DNA from: an uncultured Acidobacteriota bacterium
GTDB taxonomy: Bacteria; Acidobacteriota; Thermoanaerobaculia; UBA5066; Gp7-AA6
Assembly: GCA_963764715.1 (NCBI GenBank)
Contig: CAVXTP010000009.1
Span: 96,001-160,000, forward strand
Direction: 5' to 3'
DNA length: 64,000 nucleotides
Positions 50,941 through 59,140 of the stretch are shown in pieces (position 1 is the first letter of the stretch; each line of letters starts with the position of its first letter). The position numbers were made by a program, and so were the translations under genes. Below the pieces are notes generated by a model, which worked only from the letters and a program-made list of their open reading frames with translations, was not told the origin of the DNA and ran no database searches.

Positions 50941-52220
50941 CCCTCCGGGCCCGCTGGTGGCGCTTCTGGTATGCGCCCGGCAGTGCCGCGGCGCTGGGTG
51001 TCTGTCGGATGCTCTTCTACGGGTCGCTGCTCGCGTCGTACTGGTCGCACGACTTCACCGCCTGGGCGAGCGTCTCCCGCGTGTTCTGGGAACCGATCGC
51101 GCTCTTCCGTGCGCTCGGACTCGGCGTTCTGCCGGCGCCGGCGATGTCGATGGCAGCGATGGCCTGGAAAATCCTGCTCGCGACGAGCGCCGCGGGTGTC
51201 GCGACGCGCTTCTCCACGATCGGCGCGGCGGTCCTGGGGACGTACCTGCTCGGGGTCCCGCACAGTTTCGGAAAGATCCATCACGACGACGCGGTCCTCG
51301 TCTTCAGCATGGTCATCCTGGCATTCTCGCGGTGCGGAGACGCCTGGTCGTTCGATGGCCTCGTTCGGGCGGCTCGGCGGCCGCAGGACCCGCCGCCCTC
51401 CGGCGGCGAATACACCTGGCCGATACGGATGACGTGGCTCGTGATGAGCCTCGTCTTCTTCGCGGCCGGCGTTTCCAAACTCCGACATTCGGGACTGCGG
51501 TGGGTCACGTCCAACGCTCTGGCGGGACATATCCTTCGTTCGAACGATGCACTCGTTCGACCGGCCGGGGCGCCATGGACGAATTGGGGGCCCTGGCTCG
51601 CCGGCGTGCCCTGGCTCTCTCGGACGGCGGGCGCCGTGGCCCTCGGCCTGGAACTCTTCTTCCCGCTCGCGCTCTTCAGCCGGACGGCGCGGCGGATCCT
51701 GGTGCCGGGCGTTTTTCTGCTGCAGATCGCCATAGCGCTGACGATGGGCCCGGACTTCACACAGTTCCTGATTTGCTATCTTTTCTGGGTTCCCTGGAAT
51801 GGAGTCGGAAAAACCCTGAAAAACGTGACCGTGCGCCGGCGCCGCCACTCGTTGATTTACGACGGCTCCTGCGGGCTCTGTCAGAGAACCGTCGCCGTGC
51901 TGCGCCGGCTGGACGTCCTCGATCGCATCGTGTTCCTCGACGCGCTTGGTGATTGGAGCCGGATCCGGGAAGCCTTCCCATCCCTCCGCGAGGAGGACTG
52001 CCTGGCCACGATGCATGTGGTGACGGCCGCTGGGCAGATCGAGACCGGCTTCGACGCCTACCGTGCGCTCTCCTGGTCCCTTCCGCTCCTGTGGCCGATC
52101 GCGCCGCTTCTCTACTTCCCCGGGGTGCCGTCGATCGGACGGCGGGTCTACGCGGCGGTTGCGGCACGCCGCCACAGGTCCGGATGCCCGGTGCCGGCGG
52201 GCTCGACGACGATTCCCTGA
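50937..52220 (+). CDS. HTTM-like membrane protein fused to DCC1-like (DUF393) thiol-disulfide oxidoreductase
   Basis: RWWRFWYAP, GKIHH, SRCGDAWSFDG, FAAGVSKL; C-terminal IYDGSCGLC..TGFDAYR..VYAAVAARR; start uncertain (CTG 50937 or ATG 51009). Confidence 0.8.
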   Translation: MTLRARWWRFWYAPGSAAALGVCRMLFYGSLLASYWSHDFTAWASVSRVFWEPIALFRALGLGVLPAPAMSMAAMAWKILLATSAAGVATRFSTIGAAVLGTYLLGVPHSFGKIHHDDAVLVFSMVILAFSRCGDAWSFDGLVRAARRPQDPPPSGGEYTWPIRMTWLVMSLVFFAAGVSKLRHSGLRWVTSNALAGHILRSNDALVRPAGAPWTNWGPWLAGVPWLSRTAGAVALGLELFFPLALFSRTARRILVPGVFLLQIAIALTMGPDFTQFLICYLFWVPWNGVGKTLKNVTVRRRRHSLIYDGSCGLCQRTVAVLRRLDVLDRIVFLDALGDWSRIREAFPSLREEDCLATMHVVTAAGQIETGFDAYRALSWSLPLLWPIAPLLYFPGVPSIGRRVYAAVAARRHRSGCPVPAGSTTIP

Positions 52221-52255
52221 GGCGGGCTCGCGTGCCGGGCGGTTACACTCGCGGA

Positions 52256-54394
52256 GTGAAATCCGATGCCTCCGCTCTGCGGAAGGGTGCCATGACGGCG
52301 CTCGGCGCGCTCCTTCTGGCGGCGGTCGCGCTCCCGGCGGCCGAGCCCCCGGGGCGGGTCGTCATCCTGGGCTTCGACGGTGTCGACGCGGCCGTGGTCG
52401 AGCAAATGCTGTCCCGGGGGCAGCTCCCGAACCTCGCGGCCCTGAAGGCCCGCGGCGGCTACGCGCCCCTGACGCCGACCGTTCCGGCGCAGACGCCGGT
52501 GTCCTGGGCGACGTTCTCGACGGGGCTCGACCCCGGCGGCCACGAGATCTTCGACTTCCTCAAGCGCGACCCGGCCAACCGGATACCGACCTTCGCGGTC
52601 GCCGAGGAGAAGTCCGTTCCGTTCCTCCTCGGGAAGAACAATCCCCTGGCGTTCGGGGGCGCGGCGCTGCTCGTCTTCGTCCTTCCGGCGCTCCTGCTCT
52701 TCGCGCGGCGTCGGCGCGCGGTCGGCGCGATTCTCGCGCTCCTCGGCGTCGCCGCCGGCGCGGGCGCGTTTCTCGCCGTCCGCGCCTGGCTGCCCTCGAC
52801 CCGGCCCTGGGTCCAGAACAACCGCCGGGGCCCCGTGTTCTGGGCGGAGGCCGGCGCGCGCCCGGCCACGGTCATCCGGATGCCGGTGACGTTCCCGCCG
52901 GAGGCGTTCGCCGACGGCCGGATGCTCTCGGGCCTCGGGGTGCCCGACGTCTCGGGCCGGATCGGCCGGCCCGCCTACTTCACGTCGGACCCCTTCTTCG
53001 CGCCGCGCGAGGGCAACGACTTCTCGGTCGAGATCGTCCGCCTCGAATCCAACGTCGGCCGCCAGCAGGTCCGGGTCCTCGGCCCGCCGGGCCGGGCCTT
53101 CGGCCGGGAGGGCACGATCGACGCCTCGCTGACGCTGACGGTCCCCGACGGCCGCGACCGGATCGTCGTCGAGACGGGGGACGCGCGCGCCGAGCTGAAG
53201 GTCGGGCAGTGGAGCGACTGGGTACCGCTCGTCTTCCGCGTCAACCCGCTCGTCGCGATCCACGGCTACGCGCGCCTGCGCCTCGAGAGCGTCCAGCCCG
53301 AGATCGGCCTCTACCTGTCGCCCGTGCAGTTCGACCCGGCGCACCTGCCGCCCGGATTCACGATCTCCTCGCCGCGCGGGTTCGCCGAGGAGCTCGTCCG
53401 CGAGTTCGGCCGCTACAAAACGATGGGCTGGGCGATCGACACGTGGTCGATCCAGTCGGGCACGCTCCCGGAGGACGCCTTCCTCGAAGACGTGAAGATG
53501 ACGGCCGACCAGGAGCGCAAGATGCTGCGCGGGATGCTCGCGCGCAAGGACCGGCTCCTCTTTCACTACTTCGAGTTTCCGGACCGGGTCGCCCACGTCT
53601 TCTGGCGGTTCCGCGACCCGGAGCATCCGGCCTACGACGCGAAGCTCGCCGCGAAGTACGGCGACGCCGTCGAGAAGTCCTATGCCGCGATGGACGAGAT
53701 CGTGGGAGAGACGGCCGCCTCGCTCGCCCCGCAGGACGTGCTGATCGTTCTCTCGGACCACGGCTTCGCGACGTGGCGCCGGTCCGTGAACTACAACTCC
53801 TGGCTGGTCGAGAACGGCTACCTCGTCCTGAAGGGAAGCGCGAAGCGGCAGAACCTCGAGGCGCTCTTCTCCCGCGGGCAATTCTGGGAGGCCGTCGACT
53901 GGACGAAGTCGAAGGCCTACGGGATGGGGCTCGGCGACATCTACGTCAACCTCGCCGGCCGGGAGTCGGGCGGCATCGTCGCGCCGGGCGCGGAGTACGA
54001 GGCCCTCCGCGCGGAGCTCTCGGCGCGCCTGACGGACCTGACGGACCCGAAGAACGGCGCGAAGGCCGTCTCCCGGGTCTTCAAGCGCGAGGACATCTAC
54101 CGCCGCTTCGACCCGAGGCTCATCCCGGACCTCATCGTGGCGAACCGGCCCGGCTACCGCGTGTCCTGGCAGTCCTCGCTCGGCGTGCCGACGGAATCGA
54201 CGTTCGAGGACAATCGCGACGTCTGGAGCGGCGACCACTGCTCGCTCGACCCGGCCCTCGTGCGCGGCGTCCTCTTCGCCTCGCGCCCCTTCCGCGCGGA
54301 GCCGGTGCCCGGGATCGCCGACGTCACGGCCTCGGTGCGGGCGCTCGTCGGGGGCGGCGCGGTCGACGACGCCGCCGGAAAGCCCCTCTGGTGA
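52256..54394 (+). CDS. Alkaline phosphatase superfamily (nucleotide pyrophosphatase/phosphodiesterase) protein
   Basis: VVILGFDG, QTPVSWATFSTG, DRVAH, SDHGF, WSGDH. Confidence 0.9.
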   Translation: MKSDASALRKGAMTALGALLLAAVALPAAEPPGRVVILGFDGVDAAVVEQMLSRGQLPNLAALKARGGYAPLTPTVPAQTPVSWATFSTGLDPGGHEIFDFLKRDPANRIPTFAVAEEKSVPFLLGKNNPLAFGGAALLVFVLPALLLFARRRRAVGAILALLGVAAGAGAFLAVRAWLPSTRPWVQNNRRGPVFWAEAGARPATVIRMPVTFPPEAFADGRMLSGLGVPDVSGRIGRPAYFTSDPFFAPREGNDFSVEIVRLESNVGRQQVRVLGPPGRAFGREGTIDASLTLTVPDGRDRIVVETGDARAELKVGQWSDWVPLVFRVNPLVAIHGYARLRLESVQPEIGLYLSPVQFDPAHLPPGFTISSPRGFAEELVREFGRYKTMGWAIDTWSIQSGTLPEDAFLEDVKMTADQERKMLRGMLARKDRLLFHYFEFPDRVAHVFWRFRDPEHPAYDAKLAAKYGDAVEKSYAAMDEIVGETAASLAPQDVLIVLSDHGFATWRRSVNYNSWLVENGYLVLKGSAKRQNLEALFSRGQFWEAVDWTKSKAYGMGLGDIYVNLAGRESGGIVAPGAEYEALRAELSARLTDLTDPKNGAKAVSRVFKREDIYRRFDPRLIPDLIVANRPGYRVSWQSSLGVPTESTFEDNRDVWSGDHCSLDPALVRGVLFASRPFRAEPVPGIADVTASVRALVGGGAVDDAAGKPLW

Positions 54395-55542
54395 CCCGGC
54401 GCCTCTTCGCCGCGCTCCTTCTCGCCGCCGCGCCCCTCGTTTCGCAGGAGTCCGTCACCCCCGTCGACTCCGAGCGCCGGGCGGACCTCGAGAAGCTGCA
54501 GAACCGGATCGGGGCGCTCAAGTCGCGCCTCGCCGAGAGCCAGAAGAAGGAGGCGACCCTCGCCGAGGAGCTGCAGCGGCTCGAGCTGCGGCTCGAGATC
54601 GCGACGCGCGAGGGGGAGCTCCTCGCGGCGACGCGCGAAGAGTTCGCGCGCCGGCTCGCGTCCGTCTCGCAGGAGCGGGCGGCCGCGGCCGTCTCGGTCG
54701 CGCGCTCGCGCGGGGCGCTGCTCGCCCGGGCGCGGCTGCTCCAGCGGTTCGGCCGCTTCGGCTATTTCCGCGTCCTGCTCGAGGCCCGGGACGTGCCGGC
54801 GCTGCTCGATTCGATCGAGCGGTTGGACGGGCTCGCGCGGCGCGACGGCAAGCTGCTCCTCCGCTACCGCGAGGCCGAGGCCCGCCTCCAGGGGGACCTC
54901 TCTCGCGAGGAGGCTCTCAAGGCCGAGATCGACCGCCTCTATGCGAAGAGCCGCCGGGAGGAAGCGAGCGTGGCGTCGTTGAAGACCGAGCGCGCGCGCC
55001 TTCTCGAGCGCGAGCGCAGCCAGTCCGCCCTGCAGCGCCGCGAGGTCTCGGCCCTGACCGACAAGGCCTCGCGCCTCGAGCGGCTGCTCGAGACGCTCGC
55101 CCGGCAGAGCGAGAGCGAGGAGCCCGTCGGCCCGTCCGGCGGGATCCGGCCGTGGAAGGGCGTCCTCGACTGGCCGGCGAAGGGAACGATCATCGAGACC
55201 TTCGGTCGCCACCGGCACCCGAAGTTCGACGCCTGGACCGTCTCGAACGGCGTCGCTCTCGCCGTGCCGCTCGGCACGCCGGTGCGCGCCGTCTACGCGG
55301 GCAAGACCATCTACGCCCAGTGGCTCCAGGAGTACGGCAACCTCGTGATCCTCGACCACGGCGACGGGATGCTGACCCTCTATGCCTGGCTCCAGGCCGT
55401 TTCGGTCCAGCCCGGCGTCCCCGTGCCGGTCGGAGGGGAGATCGGCCTCGCGGGTTACGGACCCGGCCGCGACGAGCCCGGGGTCTACTTCGAGGTCCGC
55501 GACCGGCAGAAGGCGTCGGATCCGGTGGCATGGTTGAGGTAG
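54391..55542 (+). CDS. envC: Murein hydrolase activator EnvC (coiled coil plus degenerate M23)
   Basis: Long coiled coil, LDWPAKG, YGNLVILDHG, VYFEVR; lacks Zn ligands, as EnvC does. Confidence 0.88.
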   Translation: MTRRLFAALLLAAAPLVSQESVTPVDSERRADLEKLQNRIGALKSRLAESQKKEATLAEELQRLELRLEIATREGELLAATREEFARRLASVSQERAAAAVSVARSRGALLARARLLQRFGRFGYFRVLLEARDVPALLDSIERLDGLARRDGKLLLRYREAEARLQGDLSREEALKAEIDRLYAKSRREEASVASLKTERARLLERERSQSALQRREVSALTDKASRLERLLETLARQSESEEPVGPSGGIRPWKGVLDWPAKGTIIETFGRHRHPKFDAWTVSNGVALAVPLGTPVRAVYAGKTIYAQWLQEYGNLVILDHGDGMLTLYAWLQAVSVQPGVPVPVGGEIGLAGYGPGRDEPGVYFEVRDRQKASDPVAWLR

Positions 55543-55564
55543 CCGTTCGGCGGCGGGCAGGAGC

Positions 55565-55657
55565 CAGTAAGCAGTAAGCGGTAAGCAGTAAGCAGGGCTG
55601 GAGATATCGGGAACTGCTTACTGCTTACTGCTTACTGCTTACTGCATACGGCTTACT
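55565..55657. repeat. Inverted array of heptamer tandem repeats (CAGTAAG)x4 / (CTGCTTA)x6
   Basis: Direct inspection; arms are reverse complements separated by ~18 nt. Confidence 0.92.
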
Positions 55658-55708
55658 CGTCTCTTTCCTGAAATGCCGCCCCTCGACCCCTCTGTTACCA
55701 TCCTCACG

Positions 55709-56869
55709 ATGAAATCCAACCGCTCGCGGCTCGCCTTCGTGCTCGTGTCCCTCGGCGCCCTCGCCTCCCTGCGGGCGATGACCGGGCCCGAAGGGGCGGG
55801 ACGGGACCCGGCGACCCGCGCGCTCTCGATCTTCTCGGAAGTCTTCTCCCTGACGCGCTCCAACTACGTCGAGCCGACCGACACCCGCGTTCTCCTCGAG
55901 GGTGCGTACGACGGGATGTCCGACGCGCTCGATCCGTTTTCCTACTACGTCCCGGCCTCGGCCATGGCCGCCTACAAGGCGCAGCAGTCCTCCGGGGCCG
56001 CGAGCGCCGGGATCGTCTTCGCGCGCCGCGGCGGGTACCCCTACGTCGTCGGTCCGCTGCCCGGCTCGCCGGCGGAGAAGGCCGGCGTCAAGGCGGGCGA
56101 CCTGATCGACACGATCGACGGCAAGCCCCTCCGCAATTCGCCGTACTGGCAGATCAAGGCCGCGCTCGAGGGACCGGAAGGCTCGTCGTGCGAGATCGGC
56201 GTCTTCCGCGGCGGCGACGAGAAGCGCATCAACATCGCGGTGACCCGCGCCCGGTTCGAATCGCCTGCTCCCTCGACGACCTGGGAACGGGACGTCGCGA
56301 TCGTCAAGGTCCCCGCCTTCACGCCCGCGACGGCGGCCGCGGTGAAGAAGGAGCTCGACGAGGCCTCGCGGCGCTCGATCGGAACGGTCATCCTGGACCT
56401 GCGCGGATCGATCGGCGGAGACCCGGCCGACGCGGCGCCCGTGGCGTCGCTCTTCGTCGGCAAGGGCCCGATCGCCACCGTCGTCTCGCGCAAGGTGGCC
56501 GGCAAGGCGCTCGAAGCCGCCGGCGAGCCCGCGTGGAAGGGCCGCGTCGTGGTCCTGATGGACGACTCGACGGCGGGACCCGCGGAGGTCCTCGCCGCGG
56601 CCCTCCATGATCGTGCGAAGGCGACCACGGTCGGCGAGACCACGGTCGGCATGGCGATCATCCAGCGGAGCATCCCGACCGGCGAGGGCGGGACGCTCTA
56701 CATGACGGTCGGCCGCTACGTCGCGCCCTCCGGCCAGGTGCTCGGCGGCAAGGGCCTGACCCCCGACGAGCGGGTGCTGGTGTTCCCCGGCGAGACGGGC
56801 GAGCGCGACCTGATCCTCGAGCGGGGACTGGACGTCGCGCGCAACGCCCCCGCCCGCAAGGCGGCTTAG
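55709..56869 (+). CDS. S41/CtpA-family PDZ protease homolog lacking the catalytic Ser/Lys
   Basis: NYVE, LDPFS, GSPAEKAG PDZ, ILDLRG; TAGPAE and TVGMA in place of SASASE and TFGKG. Confidence 0.85.
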   Translation: MKSNRSRLAFVLVSLGALASLRAMTGPEGAGRDPATRALSIFSEVFSLTRSNYVEPTDTRVLLEGAYDGMSDALDPFSYYVPASAMAAYKAQQSSGAASAGIVFARRGGYPYVVGPLPGSPAEKAGVKAGDLIDTIDGKPLRNSPYWQIKAALEGPEGSSCEIGVFRGGDEKRINIAVTRARFESPAPSTTWERDVAIVKVPAFTPATAAAVKKELDEASRRSIGTVILDLRGSIGGDPADAAPVASLFVGKGPIATVVSRKVAGKALEAAGEPAWKGRVVVLMDDSTAGPAEVLAAALHDRAKATTVGETTVGMAIIQRSIPTGEGGTLYMTVGRYVAPSGQVLGGKGLTPDERVLVFPGETGERDLILERGLDVARNAPARKAA

Positions 56870-56889
56870 GCGGCGGGTCCGATTCGCCC

Positions 56890-57792
56890 TTGAAGCGCCG
56901 CGGGCGCCGCCTCTCGGGCGCGACGATCTTCTTCGCGCTCCTCTCGATCGCGCTCGCGGTCATTCTCTACGTCCAGACGCGCTGCCCGGCGGCGCCGCGG
57001 CCCTCGCCTCCGCCCACTCCGGGGGCGACGCGTCCCGCCCCGACGCCCCGGCGCCGCACCGCGAGCCCCTCCCCGGCGCCGCGGCCCGTCCGGACCCCCG
57101 CGGGCGCCCGGACGGCGCCCCCGCCCGGAGCCGCGCTCGCCGCGATCGTCATCGACGACCTCGGCAACGAGCTCGGTCCCGCCGAGCGCATCGCGGGCTG
57201 GAAAGAGCCGGTCGCCGGCGCGGTTCTCCCCGGCGTGGCCTTCAGCGCGGCCGCGGCCCGCGCCCTGGAGCACGGCGGCAAGGAGGTCCTCCTCCACCTG
57301 CCGATGGAGCCGGAGGGCTACCCGCGGGTGCGCCCCGGGCCGGGCGTGATTCTCCGGGCGCAGTCGGACGCGGAGATCGTCCGCGTCCTCGAGGCCGACC
57401 TCGCCACGGTGCCCGGCGCCGTCGGGGTCAACAACCACATGGGCTCGGTCGCGACGGCGGATCCCCGCGTCATGCGCGTCGTCGCCCGCGTCCTCGCCGC
57501 CCGCGGACTCTTCTTCCTCGACAGCCGCACGACGGACGCGACGGTGGCCGAGAAGACGGCCGAGGAGGCCGCGGTGCCCTCGGTCTCGCGCCGCGTCTTC
57601 CTCGACGACGTCGAGACGGCGCCGGCGATCCGCCGGCAGCTCGACGAGCTCGTGCGCCGGGCCCGGGAAGAGGGGCATGCGGTGGCGATCGGCCATCCGT
57701 ACCCGGTGACGCTCGGCGTGCTCGAGGAGGAGATGCCGGGCCTGGCGGCCCGGGGCGTGACGCTCGTCCGGGTGAGGGATCTCGCGCGGTAG
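56890..57792 (+). CDS. Divergent polysaccharide deacetylase (YibQ family)
   Basis: AIVIDDLG, LLHLPMEP, GVNNHMGS, FLDSRT, VFLD, AIGHP. Confidence 0.93.
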   Translation: MKRRGRRLSGATIFFALLSIALAVILYVQTRCPAAPRPSPPPTPGATRPAPTPRRRTASPSPAPRPVRTPAGARTAPPPGAALAAIVIDDLGNELGPAERIAGWKEPVAGAVLPGVAFSAAAARALEHGGKEVLLHLPMEPEGYPRVRPGPGVILRAQSDAEIVRVLEADLATVPGAVGVNNHMGSVATADPRVMRVVARVLAARGLFFLDSRTTDATVAEKTAEEAAVPSVSRRVFLDDVETAPAIRRQLDELVRRAREEGHAVAIGHPYPVTLGVLEEEMPGLAARGVTLVRVRDLAR

Positions 57793-57812
57793 CGGCTGTC
57801 GGCTATCCGCTC

Positions 57813-58589
57813 TCAGCGGTCGATCGTCGACTTCTTCTTCGCTTCCTCCCAGTAACGGTCGAGCTCCGCCATGCCGGTCTCCGAAACGTCCTTGCCCGCG
57901 GCGCGCGCGAGGCGCGCGACCTCGGCGAAGCGTTCCCGGAAGCGGCGGTTGGCGAGCCGCAGGGCGCTCTCGGGGTCGATCTTCCGGCGGCGGGCGAGGT
58001 TCACGACCGAGAGCAGCATGTCGCCGATCTCGTGGAGCTCCGCGGGCGCGTCGCCGCCGGCCGCGGCCTCGCGCCACTCGGCGAGCTCCTCCTCGATCTT
58101 CGCCGCCACGTCGGCGTCGCGCTCCCAGTCGAAGCCGAGGTCGGCCGCGCGCAGGGTCTGCCGGTACGCCGTCGAGAGGGCGGGCAGCGCCGCGGGAAGC
58201 GTGCGGAGAGGGTCATCCGAGGCGCCGGGGTCCTGCCGCTTGCGCTTCTCCCAGGCCGACTTCACCTCGCCGGCGCTCGAGGCCGGGGGGCCCCCGAAGA
58301 CGTGCGGGTGGCGTTCGATCATCTTGCGGGTGATCCGGTCGGCGACCGCCCCGATGTCGAACCAGCCGCGCTCCTCGGCGAGCCGCGCGAGCAGGAAGAC
58401 CTGGAAGAGGAGATCGCCGAGCTCGCCGGCGAGGGCCTCCGGCTCGCCCTCGTCCAGCGCCGCGAGCGTTTCGTACGTCTCTTCGAGGAGGTAGGTCTTG
58501 AGCGTCTCGAAGGTTTGCTCGCGGTCCCACGGGCAGTCGCGCCGCAGCCGGTCGACGAGCGCGGTCAGGCGGTCGAGGCTCTCGGACAC
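57813..58589 (-). CDS. mazG: Nucleoside triphosphate pyrophosphohydrolase MazG
   Basis: CPWDREQT, EETYE, ELGDLL, RHPHVF, GFDW, EIGD. Confidence 0.95.
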   Translation of the reverse strand: MSESLDRLTALVDRLRRDCPWDREQTFETLKTYLLEETYETLAALDEGEPEALAGELGDLLFQVFLLARLAEERGWFDIGAVADRITRKMIERHPHVFGGPPASSAGEVKSAWEKRKRQDPGASDDPLRTLPAALPALSTAYRQTLRAADLGFDWERDADVAAKIEEELAEWREAAAGGDAPAELHEIGDMLLSVVNLARRRKIDPESALRLANRRFRERFAEVARLARAAGKDVSETGMAELDRYWEEAKKKSTIDR

Positions 58590-58664
58590 GCGCGGATCAT
58601 AACCGCCGGCCTTCCCTGCTAAAATTGGACATTCCCGGCCGCAGGGCAACAACGAGAGCACCCA

Positions 58665-59129
58665 GTGAACGAAGAAGACAAGCCGATCCGCGTCGTCGAC
58701 CGGCGGATGTTCACCGCCGACGGCGAGCTGCGCCCGGACTTTCAGGCGGAGGAGCGTCCCGAGCCCGCGAAGCCGCCCCCTCCCGCCCCGTCGGCCCCGC
58801 CGCCCCCCGCGGCCGGCGCGGGCCCGGCGTCCCCCGAGGGCGCGCCCGGGGCCGAGCCGGTCACCTCGCAGGCGTTCATCGCCCTCGTCAGCTTCCTCGC
58901 CTCCAACGTGTATGCGGCCCTCGGCGTCGACCCGATGACGGGGGAGAGGCTCCAGCGGCGAGAGCCGGCGGCCGCCCGGCAGATGATCGACTGGCTCGGC
59001 GCGCTCGAGCAGAAGACGCGGGGCCGCCTGTCGTTCGAGGAGTCGGACCTGCTCTCGCGGGTCCTGTACGAGCTCCGGTTGGCCTACGTCGAAGCCGTCC
59101 GGCCCCCCGGCCGGGAGCCGCCGCGATAA
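58665..59129 (+). CDS. DUF1844-family protein
   Basis: VVDRR, ARQMIDWLGALEQKTRGRLS.EE..LYELRLAYV. Confidence 0.82.
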   Translation: MNEEDKPIRVVDRRMFTADGELRPDFQAEERPEPAKPPPPAPSAPPPPAAGAGPASPEGAPGAEPVTSQAFIALVSFLASNVYAALGVDPMTGERLQRREPAAARQMIDWLGALEQKTRGRLSFEESDLLSRVLYELRLAYVEAVRPPGREPPR

Positions 59130-59140
59130 CCGACGGCCGC

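Noticed and set aside
54391-55542. Missing Zn-binding residues in the M23 domain as a novelty
   Set aside because: A degenerate M23 site is the established property of EnvC
55565-55657. CRISPR-like array
   Set aside because: 7-nt contiguous repeats without spacers, and no cas genes
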